Shown here: positions 54,320 to 64,000 of the stretch, one piece after another | Position numbering within the stretch: position 1 is the first letter of the stretch | How the letters are laid out: each line of letters begins with the position of its first letter | Origin: Eledone cirrhosa | Lineage: Eukaryota | Direction of reading: 5' to 3' | DNA length: 64,000 nt | NCBI GenBank assembly: GCA_964016885.1 | Contig: OZ024743.1 | Coordinates: 121,768,001 to 121,832,000, forward strand | Notes under the pieces: model-generated | Seen by the model: only the letters and a program-made list of their open reading frames with translations | Database searches by the model: none | Told to the model about the DNA's origin: nothing | Made by a program: the position numbers and the translations under genes

Positions 54320-57300
54320 TATTTTGCTAAGTGTTACATCTCGCCACTTGCCTGAGCAGGTCGAAGTGATGCTTCTCTCCAGAGTTACCAGAATCGACTG
54401 AAAAGAAGAACTTATCTCGCTTTCACTTCAAGCTAACCAGCTACTCAAGACAACTGACGCCAACTCAGACAAAAGAGAAATAGTAGCTAGATGTCATTCG
54501 GAGGTCAGTGTGTGTGCGAAGAGATTTCGCTACACATGGCCCATCACCGTGTAGATATGCCCGAACTTATGGGAAAATAGTACCTGCAACAGGTTGCTCC
54601 TGAAGCTGTTTCAGCTTTGCTCTGCCGCCGGTTTCCAGGGCATCTTGTCAATGGATACTGCAGTGGACTGGGCAGCATCGTAATCTTTTAGTGCAACCTA
54701 CTTTTTATGAGATAAGTAACACTGAATCTTCCCCTAATGCTATTGCGTTCGAGGTAACCGATGCACCACATTACATGGCAGTGGTGGAAAGGGAGCAAAG
54801 TCCATATTGTACTACACCTTTCGAGGTAACCGAGGATAATTCAATGTCAATAAACAACAATGTTTCCAAGAGAGAGAGAGGCAATTGTTTAATCGAACAA
54901 CTTGGAATGTTCGGACTACTAACGATGATACAAATTCGGTCAGGCCTGAAAGGGCTACAGCGATGATCTGCAATGAAATAGAAAAGGTAGGTATAACGGA
55001 ATACTCCTATGTTTTACCGGCAAAGATTCGAAACCGAATCTGAGCTTTCTCGCCTCTGGGACAATCTATCGTTGGAGGTTCTCACCATTGTCTTGTCAAA
55101 TACAGCGATGATAAATGTACATTCCACTTGACCTGTGACCCCAGCTTCGTGTAATAACCACATGGCTGATCATAAATCAACCTCATATATCCATCCTTCT
55201 AACTTTAGCACTTATTATAAATACAAGGAGTTAAGGAAACCACTGACAGACTCGAAGCGGCAGTCAACAAGCGATAAGCGATGTAGGCATTATCAAACCT
55301 TTCACTCTATCTTTATCCTGCTCCTTACTGGCTTACCTTCTCGGCCACCGACACAACCAGATGGCCAGCCATGCCTGCCTGACAGATTGACCACTACTAC
55401 TATGCGAATAATATATTCTAAGAATAGGCATACACACAAGCATAGTAAGTTCATATTGTTTACATTATACTCTCATCCTATTCTTCCTGTCGTATTGTAT
55501 CTGCCTGACACAACACAACTTATACTATATCGTCTTCTCTGATACATGCATTCACGTTAGCTCGTAGTAGCTGACAATTTAATGTAGCGACGGTTTATGT
55601 CATAAATAATATTACTCGATGTTCAAAATCGAATATTGTTGTTGTAAAATAAACATTGTTAACAACTCAATCATGGCATTATTCTTTTCATCAAAACTAC
55701 CATACAAAGAATACTACTTATCCGCTACATAGGTATTGACATTTGCACCTTGAGTGAGGTACGGCGTCCAGGCTCCGGTAACATCAAAGAAAGGAGCCAT
55801 ACTATCTTTTGGAACAGAAATGATAACAAAACAGCTGGGGTTGGATTTGCTGTCTCTAAATTTGGACACATCAATCCAGTTCCTATTTCTGACAGACCAG
55901 ACTCATGGCTGCTCGCATTCAACTGAAGAACAACTCCTATCTCACATTGATCAGTGTCTTTTGGACCCACAATGCAACAGTCAGTGGTTGAGAAGGAAGG
56001 TTTCTATGAGCAAGGAAGGTTTCTATGATGCCATTATTGTTCTTGATGACTTCAACGCTCGTGTTGGGAAAGATTGGAAGTCATGGCCATCAGTAGTTTG
56101 CAAGCATGGAGTAGGAAATGTGAACTCTAATGGCTTAATGTTGTTAGAATGTTGCACACACTTTCAACTCTCAAATATGGGCTCAATGTACCAACTAAGG
56201 AATTGTCTCAAGAACACTTGGCAGCATCTATGCTCCAAAAATTTGCATCAGCTAGACCACGTCCTTGCTAATCCAGTGGGCAGGAAATTCATCAATATCA
56301 CCAAATTGATTCTCGTGCTGATTGTCTTACTGACCATAAACTCTTAATCTACAAGTGCAGCATTGGGATAAAGGAACTAAAGAAGGGAACCAATCCTCCC
56401 TGCAAGGCTAACATCTACCTGAATACTGAAAAAAAAGAGACAAGATTGAAAGGTTCGTCAGCGAACAAATCCCAGATTGTGAGGTGTCTCGAGATAACTT
56501 AAAAGAAGTCGTTCAAAGTACTGCCAAATAATTCTTTCATAAGAAAAAAGGATAAGTACAGAGTTATTTGAAGATGAGGAGCAAGAAATTCAGAGGCTTC
56601 TGAAAGCAAAGAGACAGAGCGGCGATATAAAAGGACTACGGGATGAAATTGGAAAACTCAAGAACTACTGGTAGCAACAAAAAATCAATGACGTTGAAAC
56701 ATTTACACAGGAGAAGAATCAGAGAACTCTATGCAACTCTCAATGCAGTATATGGTCCAAAGTCCAAAAATCTGCATCCTGTGCGGTCGAAGAATGGTGG
56801 CCTTCTTTCAACGCCAGAAGACATTAAAGACAGATGAAATGAACACTTTAGTAAACTCTTCAAACCAATCATTGAAGAATTTGACAACCTTCTCACAATG
56901 AAAGAACTTGAGACAGCACTCAAAAACACTAAATTCAGAAAGAGTCCAGGTTCTGATGGAATAATCCCAGAGGTTTTAGTTCATGGTGGCAATGCATTGA
57001 AATCATTTCTGTTATCTATTTTTAATCGATTCTGGATCTGAAAAAGCTTGCCATCTCATCTTATTGATTCTAACATTTCTATTCTTTTTAAGAAAGGTGA
57101 TCGAAGTGTTTGTGAAAATTCGTGGCAAATCATTGCTTAGTGTAATTGGGAAACTCTTTGCCGTCATCATACTTCATAGATTACAATGGCTTTACCCTGA
57201 GTCACAATCTGGATATTGATATAGAAGGAATAGAAGCACTTTAGATGGTATCTTCATTTTACGTCATATTATGGGGAAATTCAGAGAACAGCAGTGGAAT

Positions 57301-58090
57301 TTACACATCGCCTTTGTAGGCTTCACCAAGGCTTTTGAGAGCTACTCTTCGAAATTCTGAGAAAGCTTGGCTGTCCAGTATATATATTCCGTCTATATTC
57401 AAATATGAATCATAGGCTTATTATAGATGGCGAATTGTCAAACACTATTAGCTACAACAGTGGGGTGAAGCAAGGCTGTAAACTTGTCCCAACACTGTTT
57501 GGGCTGTAGCTACTGTATTACTCTTTATAGCCTTCAAAGTAGGCGATATTTTTTATCTCTGTCGCTTCAAGTCCAAGACAAAAATGGAGGCTCAATATGC
57601 TGATGACATCGCTGCTTTCTGCAATGATCCCATTGTTCTACAGCAGCTGTTATCTACATATAACACAGTTTCATTGAAAATGAGCCTCCGAATCAACATT
57701 AATAAGACTGGAACAATGAGTGTCGGAGAGCAAGTTGGTTTTTTCATTGATGGGCAAAAACTCAGCAGAGTGGAACGCTTCAAATATCTTGGCAGCTATG
57801 TCACCAAAAACTGTAAACTACATGAAGAACTTAGTGCACGTATTGAAGCTGCCTCTTGTGATGTGGGTAAACTAAGAGTGAGAGTCTTTGACTCCAGGGA
57901 ACTGACTTCTAAGACTAAGCTTAAAGTTTATAACCACTGTATGGCTCCTCTCTTGTCGTATGGAAGTAAGACGTGGACTCTCCATCGTTACCACATAAGA
58001 CAGTTAACAACAGTTCAGCAACGACACCTTGGGTTTATTCTCAACATTAAATGGGACCACTTTGTCACAAACTGGAATGACTGCTTGGAT
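54320..58090 (+). mobile_element. Decayed RTE (BovB-like) LINE, APE + RT, interrupted by a solo LTR
   Basis: TWNVRTL, IDICTLSEV, DFNARVG, QLDHVL, KSPGSDGI, GVKQGC, QYADD and FKYLGS motifs, with many frameshifts. Confidence 0.85.
54992..55729. mobile_element. Solo LTR (738 bp, probably gypsy-type)
   Basis: Termini TATAACGGA...TCCGCTACA form an imperfect TG..CA inverted repeat, with TAGG duplicated on both sides. Removing it restores the RTE reading EIEKVG|IDICTLSEV. AATAAA occurs near 55648. Confidence 0.7.
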
Positions 58091-58795
58091 ATTCGGCTGA
58101 AACTCATCTTGTGAACTTGTTTACCCGTATCGGGACTCAGACAAGCATGTAGTGAAATCTATCCACACACTGACCCCCAAGTGACATCTAACAGGCATTT
58201 TGTAGGTTATTTCCTTTGGCGTCAGTTGTCTGAAGTAGCAGGTCATTTTAAGGTGAAAGCAAAAATAGGTTCTTAATGCAGTCGAACGGGAACCTTCCTA
58301 CGGTAAACACGGCAGAGTGTTTGCTCTGGTCGCCGACTGGAGAAGCATTTTTTTGTCTAGCCATCAAACTACTAGCCAGATGTAGTTCTTGGCAAAAATA
58401 CATCTCGAGCCTGCTTGTGGACAGGGCCACAAGAAATAACAGCCATCCCTTCTATAAGGCAAGTTACATTGTGTCGTTGCACGCAAACATATCTCACGCA
58501 CTTCTCCGCGCGCACAGTTTCTCCTTGTTTGTTGTTCATGCCTTTCGACTGTAACAAATGTCCAGTGTTTCCATCACTAAATAATATATAAAGGTAGCGG
58601 AAGTTTTCGTTCTTCATAGTGTGATCGGGGAAAATCACTTTCCACACGATATCAAACACTTTCGCTTTCCACAGATGTACACATTGATTAACTATCACAA
58701 TCATCTGCAACCAATACGAATCATCATCATCATTCATTCTTCTACTACGGTAAGAACTTCAATTTACAAGCACACACGCAAACTCCCGTTACAAG

Positions 58796-58829
<34 letters not shown>

Positions 58830-58834
<5 letters not shown>

Positions 58835-59100
58835 GAATGTATGTATAGTATATTTGGCAATATACCGTATGTTTAATTAAAAACATTTAGAAAACCTTAC
58901 GCTATCAGTTTTAAAGTAGTGACTATGTCACTTACTTATTTCCGGCGAAAGAAGGGAGAGAGGCTGACTTTCTGTTTCAGGCTGGTTGGCGTTCGTCAAA
59001 ATCACGCACTCCCCTGCTTCCGCCAGCGTATGGTCATCTAAATGTTTTTAATTAAACATACGGTATATTGCCAAATATACTATTCATACATTCATGTATA
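58830..59100. repeat. Inverted repeat (arms about 75 bp) enclosing a decayed hammerhead-like motif
   Basis: Arms are atgaatgtatg..aaacatttag..tacgct / agcgta..ctaaatgttt..catacattcat. The loop on the minus strand reads TTGACGA..GAAAC-agaaa-GTC with a GAAG..GGGGAG/CTCTCCCTTC stem. Confidence 0.75.
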
Positions 59101-59363
59101 CATCGCTATTTCAGAGTACCAATCCTAATATATATATATAGAGAGAGAGAGAGAAACCCAATGCTGGATATTTTATTTGTTTGACCCGAATTACTTGGTC
59201 GTTTCTATGGCTGTGCGGATAATGGTTTAACCATCGTCTCAGTGTGTTTGGCCTTTTAACTTATGTTGTTGCTCTAGTTCACTAGCTTCTATGGAGCGCT
59301 TGCCACACATCTAGGAAGTTGTTTTTTCGCTAATTTCCAATAGCCGAAATACGATTCTCGCTA

Positions 59364-59403
<40 letters not shown>

Positions 59404-60245
59404 ATAATAATAAATTTGACTAAAATCCAAAGAGGGCTCGATAAGGATAAATATGTATCAAATATATCAGAATTCTAGAGCAAATATTTATTAAAATAAC
59501 AGATTAAAGTTTAAGCAAAGAATCGGTGCTTTCACCCTTAACGGGATCTTCTGACACTAAAAAAATTAATCTGTGAACGCAGAAGTAAATATTTCGAAAA
59601 ACGTTGCAACCGAAGGAAAACAGGAAGACGATACTTTGGTTCGTGAAGACGTTCCCTGGCAATGAACGGAACAAAGCGAGGATAATACGTCATTATATGG
59701 ATCGATGAGAACAATTACACGCAAAGACAAAACCACGTTTATGGTAAATGAAGTCGTAGATTAATATTCTATTTAGGAAGCCGAATCATTCTCGACTTCA
59801 GATTTAAGAATAGTGTAAATAAATTAGTAGAACGAAAATGACAGAGGTTATTGAAATCAACAATAATTAAATATATACATACACGCATCCATATACGTAC
59901 ATACACATGCTTATGCGAAAACACCCGCCAAGCATGCATATACAAGCACGTACACATAAACACGCGCACACATACATAAACCCGCGCGACACCTGTGCCC
60001 GCACACATACGAACGTATACACCAAATACACATAAAAAATATATATGTGTGTGTGTGTATACATATAATTATATAAACGTATATAAATATACACACATAA
60101 ATACGTATATAACGCACGCACACACATACCTACAGGTAAACACATATGTTTACTAAACGCACGTCAACCAAAACACAAAGTACACATATACACACCTTAC
60201 ATACGTGCAAACACACATACACACACAAACACAAAATACATAGGG

Positions 60246-60281
60246 TCTTAACATTTCGGGCGCTAGTCCTTCATCAGAAGA
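60246..60281 (-). ncRNA. Minimal dimer-type hammerhead motif, slightly decayed
   Basis: Minus strand: TCTT-CTGATGA-aggactagcgccc-GAAA-TGTT-AAGA. Stem I is TCTT/AAGA. Stem III is probably the palindrome AACGTT with a C-to-T change. Confidence 0.55.
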
Positions 60282-60596
60282 AAGAATGAGAAATTAGAAA
60301 TATTGATGAGACGGGCGGGATGGAATTGTAAAAAATGTTTTTAGAGAAAAATAACAAGTCCATTGATGTTGCCATCTCTTGGAAAACTGCTGATGCTGGC
60401 GTTTTGTGTATGATATATTTTTTTTAGAAAAGTGGATGATGGAGCGCGTCTACCTGAAATGGAAAAAAACGGTGTTGTATAAAGAGCTATACTTGTGTGC
60501 GCGCGCGTGTGTTTGTGCGTGTGTGTATAAATCAGGATGGATTCAGTTAAAACTGGTTAGACTCACCAGAGTAATGGATACTCTTGCTGTTTCAAC

Positions 60597-60767
60597 AGTT
60601 AGTTTCAGACTGAATGTCAAAGGCTTTGGCGGTTAACTGGCTGTCTTGTCAGGAGGTGTCATTTACAATTGTATAAACAATGTATGCTCTTATTTGTACA
60701 AATGACACCTCCTGACGAAACAGCCAATTAACCGCCAAGGCCTTTGGCATTCAGTCTGGAACTAACT
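60597..60767. repeat. Fold-back palindrome, arms about 68 bp, next to (TA)n
   Basis: agttagtttcagactgaatg..ggaggtgtcattt / aaatgacacctcCTGACGA..cattcagtctggaactaact. It carries partial hammerhead-like core elements. Confidence 0.8.
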
Positions 60768-60776
60768 ATATCCCTA

Positions 60777-60809
<33 letters not shown>

Positions 60810-60811
<2 letters not shown>

Positions 60812-61510
60812 ATTGTTATACTTTGGGAGGGTCATGTTGCCAATAAGAAACACACGGACCAGTTGCTTTCACTTCAATTTATTATAAATTTAGGAATTTA
60901 TAAATTTCCGATTGGTTGGTTGGTTCCACAATCAGACGATTGTTCATATATTGTCAAAGTTCTTTCGTCACACATCTGTGACCTCTTCAGTGACAGGGGA
61001 TTCTTTCCTTTGTTTTTGTGCCTCTCCTTTGTTCTGTCCTACGCCATCTTGTTTGTGTGTGTGTTGTGTGCATAGTTTGCGCATGTGTTACATCCGGGTG
61101 TCTGTGTGTTTATATTTGTTTATTTATTTGTTTATTTACATGTTACTGGTTGGTTGTTTGTTCTATGTGTGTGTGTGTTTTCATTTTGTCCTTAATTGTA
61201 AGTTGTGATGTTACTATTCCATTCATGCTTTCTATTTAATGGAGTTCATTTATGTTTATTGCCTCTGTGATTTGTCTAAACATTGCGTCTTTTCAGTGTG
61301 TAGATTCTATTTTTATTTCTATGTTCTCTAATTTACCCTTGTTCTATTTTAGCATGTTGGTAGAGTACAGATGATTCTTTACTATCTTGAAGCTCTCGCC
61401 AGTGTTCATTTATCCGTTCTCCTATACTACGAGCTGTCTCACCTATGTACACTATATTCTTATCTCTACATTTTCAGATAAAGAATCTTGCTAAACAAAT
61501 TCAGAAACGA
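60810..61510 (-). mobile_element. Penelope-like retroelement 3' fragment: GIY-YIG C-terminal half and pLTR with hammerhead
   Basis: Minus strand about 61455-61240 translates as IVYIGETARSIGERINEHWRELQDSKESSVLYQHAK..RQITEAINI (YIG..R..EH..EA.I motif, with stops). The 3' region with the 60952 hammerhead follows. Confidence 0.8.
60952..60995 (-). ncRNA. Type I hammerhead ribozyme in a Penelope-like pLTR
   Basis: Minus strand: TGTCA-CTGAAGA-gGTCACagatgtGTGAC-GAAA-G-aa-CTT-TGACA. Stem I and stem II are 5 bp each, with a minimal stem III. Confidence 0.75.
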
Positions 61511-61672
61511 AATATATAATAATTGTTTCTACTTTTGGCACAAGGCCAGCAATTGTCCCAGTGTATTACTGGGATAATTACTGGCCTTGTGCCAAAAGTA
61601 GAAACAATTATTATTATATATATATATATAATACAAGGACGATTTGTTAAGCCTTCGTTACGTTTATTGATT

Positions 61673-61757
61673 GGTGACGCACGTTTCGCTATTGATCAAC
61701 TCAAGGTTCGATCTGTATCGATCTGGCCCGACTGTGGAATCAAAAGCTCGTCGGACC
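61673..61757 (-). ncRNA. Hammerhead motif with long stem II (left palindrome arm)
   Basis: Minus strand: GGT-CCGACGA-GCTTTTGA..TCAATAGC-GAAA-C-gtgc-GTC-ACC. The core is a U4C variant and the stem II domain is about 60 nt. Confidence 0.7.
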
Positions 61758-61777
61758 TCTGTCATTACTACAACAGA

Positions 61778-61862
61778 GGTCCGACGAGCTTTTGATTCCA
61801 GAGTTGGGCCAGATCGATACAGATCGAACATTGAGTTGATCAATAGCGAAACGCGCGTCATT
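61778..61862 (+). ncRNA. Hammerhead motif with long stem II (right palindrome arm)
   Basis: GGT-CCGACGA-GCTTTTGA..TCAATAGC-GAAA-C-gcgc-GTC-ATT. Stem III is palindromic (ACGCGCGT) with a GUC triplet. Stem I relies on G-U pairs. Confidence 0.65.
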
Positions 61863-61868
61863 AATCAA

Positions 61869-62409
61869 TCTAAACTATAATAAAGGAAGATATGCGGGAC
61901 TGCGTACGGTTTTGTTTTTTGTATCCCGTTAGTAAAATAAATTGGATTACTTTGAATAAATAATGAATGAATATTACATAATTTATCCACTAAATTTCGT
62001 AAACAAAAATAATTTCGTAAAAATAGATAATTTAATATTGACTTCTTTTCAAAGTTGCACTTCCGGTATATCGTTGCCACTACCACCACTTCAACTACCA
62101 TATATATAGAAAGAGAGAGTGTGTGATGTCAATACCTCCGGTGGCGATCACTTAAATAAACATACTAATTTTCTGTCACTAATTTTCTCCTAATGCAGTT
62201 TATATATAATATCGTCTTTTTTTAATGTATCATGGATTACTGATTACATAAGACAGTGTAACAACGTCTTCGTTCAATTTCTGTTTATATTGTCAATTAC
62301 GATTTTAATTGAAGTATCATATCTACATGTATATATACTTGCGTATAATATCAATATACACACTACACATGTTAGCAGAAAACCACCCGACGAATGGTTT
62401 TTCTGCTAG
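61869..62409 (+). mobile_element. Non-autonomous Helitron
   Basis: 5' end A|TCTAAACTATAAT. 3' hairpin gcagaaaacca..tggttttctgc followed by CTAG|T. No TSD, and the host palindrome resumes exactly afterwards. Confidence 0.88.
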
Positions 62410-62900
62410 TAAACGTAATGAAGGCTTAACAAATTGTCCTTGTATTATTATATTACACTCTGTCTAGCTCTGCACCTCGCCACTGACATGAACCTAAACA
62501 TCGAGTGCTCACCTGGGTGAACCTACAGTAACTTCACGTTACACTCTCTGGGTATATATTGGGGGGGGGGGGGTATATATATATATTTTTTTTTTTTTTT
62601 CTCTCTCTCTTCCTCCCACAGTGTAATTTAAATAAACGGTTGTTTTTTTTTTCAATTTTTCGGACATTCATTTGCATATTCACACAGAACTTTGAATTAC
62701 CCTCAATAAAATTGTTCACTATCCAGCGAATTTTGAACCGTCAAGGTTGTTTTCCACGGTTATGTCACAATTTGTTTTATAAAACAAATTTTGTATTCTA
62801 TCTGATGAAAGCGCACCAAGACTGCCTTGGTTGCCCTTGAAATATATATAATAAAATATTTATGGTTTTATAAATATAGTTTCCATTTATTAATATATTG

Positions 62901-62937
<37 letters not shown>

Positions 62938-63473
62938 ATATTGTTATACTTTGGGAGGGTTATGTTGCCAATAAGAAACACATTCACCAGTTGCTTTCAC
63001 TCCAATTTATTATAAATTAAAAAAAAAAATTTTTTTTAATTTATAAATTTCCGGTTGGTTGATTGGTTGGTTCCACAACCGGACGATTGTTCATATATTA
63101 TCAAAGTTCTTTCGTCACACATTCTGTGACCTCTTCAGTGACTGGGGATTCTTTTCTTTTTTTTGTGCCTCTCCTTTGTTCTGTCCTACGCCATCTTGTT
63201 TTGTGTGTGTTGTGTCAACAAGATGGCGTAGGACAGAACAAAGGAGAGGCACAAAACAAAGAAAAGAATCCCCAGTCACTGAAGAGGTCACAGAATGTGT
63301 GACAAAAGAACTTTGACAATATATGAACAACCGTCCGGTTGTGGAACCAACCAACCAACCAGAAATTTATAAATTTTTTGAAAATTTTTTTTAATTTATA
63401 ATAAATTGGAGTGAAAGCACCTGGTGCGTGTGTTTCTTATTGGCAACATGACCCTCCCAAAGTATAACAATAT
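62938..63473. repeat. Long fold-back palindrome (inverted Penelope-like pLTR pair, arms about 260 bp)
   Basis: 62938-63200 is the near-perfect reverse complement of 63217-63473. The arm matches 60810-61053 and is flanked by (TA)n. Confidence 0.9.
63099..63142 (-). ncRNA. Hammerhead motif of the same family as 60952-60995, in the left arm of the 536-bp palindrome
   Basis: Minus strand: GTCA-CTGAAGA-gGTCACagaatgtGTGAC-GAAA-GAACTT-TGAT. The right-arm copy (63275-63317) has GAAA changed to AAAA. Confidence 0.65.
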
Positions 63474-63525
63474 CGGTTTCAACGCACGTTTTCAGATAAA
63501 GAATCTTGCTAAACAAATTCAGAAA

Positions 63526-63553
<28 letters not shown>

Positions 63554-63559
<6 letters not shown>

Positions 63560-63693
63560 GGAATAGAATGAAACGAAATTTCATTTCTCACTCTTAGTAC
63601 GGCAGTTAGTTAAATGTAAGTATGTATGTATGTATAAGTAACTGCCGTACTAAGAGTGAGAAATGAAATTTCGTTTCATTCTATTCCATTTAT
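63554..63693. repeat. Perfect inverted repeat with 55-bp arms after (TA)n, upstream of the 63802 hammerhead
   Basis: ataaatggaatagaatgaaacgaaatttcatttctcactcttagtacggcagtta is followed by its exact reverse complement, ending at 63693. Confidence 0.88.
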
Positions 63694-63801
63694 CGTTTTC
63701 GGTGCGCCCGGCCGACTAAACTCACTCGATATGCAAATTAGGCTGCTCAGCCGTTAATATGCATAAGGAAAGTATATACTTTCAGACGTTCAACCATCTG
63801 G

Positions 63802-63860
63802 CAGGAAGGTATACGATGCTGACGATAGCTAATAAGCTTGAAACTAGTACATCGTTCCTG
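63802..63860 (+). ncRNA. Type I hammerhead ribozyme with intact core
   Basis: ACGATG-CTGACGA-tAGCTaataAGCTt-GAAA-C-ta-GTA-CATCGT. Stem I is a perfect 6 bp, extended by CAGGA/TCCTG past a bulge. Stem III is palindromic (ACTAGT) and the cleavage triplet is GUA at 63847-63849. Confidence 0.85.
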
Positions 63861-64000
63861 TGTCAGTGTTGAACAAAAAGGTGACGTGGTTGCCTAAATA
63901 CTGTACGGCGTAATTCGGACTGTTTGTTTGTTTACAAACAAACCGAGCATTATAATAAATGTTCGGTAAACCGATACGTGCATATATATGTGTGTGCATG

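Larger units (their letters stand above)
61627..62450. repeat. Fold-back palindrome (arms about 135 bp) with a Helitron inserted in the right arm
   Basis: Left arm about 61627-61762. The right arm runs 61773-61868 and resumes at 62410 (taaacgtaatgaaggcttaacaaattgtccttgtatta) after the Helitron. Confidence 0.88.

Noticed and set aside
63059-63354. Mirror-image ORFs on both strands (also 61664-61880)
   Set aside because: They are artefacts of the palindromes and carry no protein motifs.

Overview
AT-rich, repeat-dense eukaryotic DNA. The repeat complement suggests an octopod cephalopod (inference): RTE and CR1 LINEs, tRNA-derived SINEs, (CAT)n-tailed repeats, non-autonomous Helitrons, TTAA MITEs and (TA)n microsatellites. 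Most short ORFs in the supplied track are spurious or TE fragments. I could assemble one host gene by hand on the minus strand: seven phase-compatible exons from 52198 to 6093 (1069 nt, 356 codons; the last exon probably lies beyond position 1). It encodes a secreted or lysosomal GH18 di-N-acetylchitobiase (CTBS)-like protein. Its catalytic Glu is replaced by His and its MxYD motif by TPES, so it is probably a pseudoenzyme or chi-lectin, and two of its introns use GC donors. The second signal is a cluster of about ten type-I hammerhead-ribozyme motifs from several sequence families in 45.8-47.2 kb and 58.8-63.9 kb. Most sit in or beside long fold-back palindromes next to (TA)n. One family is tied to a Penelope-like GIY-YIG fragment, another has an unusually long stem II, and one motif is sense to the host pre-mRNA. 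All alignments and foldings were done by eye, human CTBS motifs are recalled from memory, and TE boundaries are approximate unless stated.
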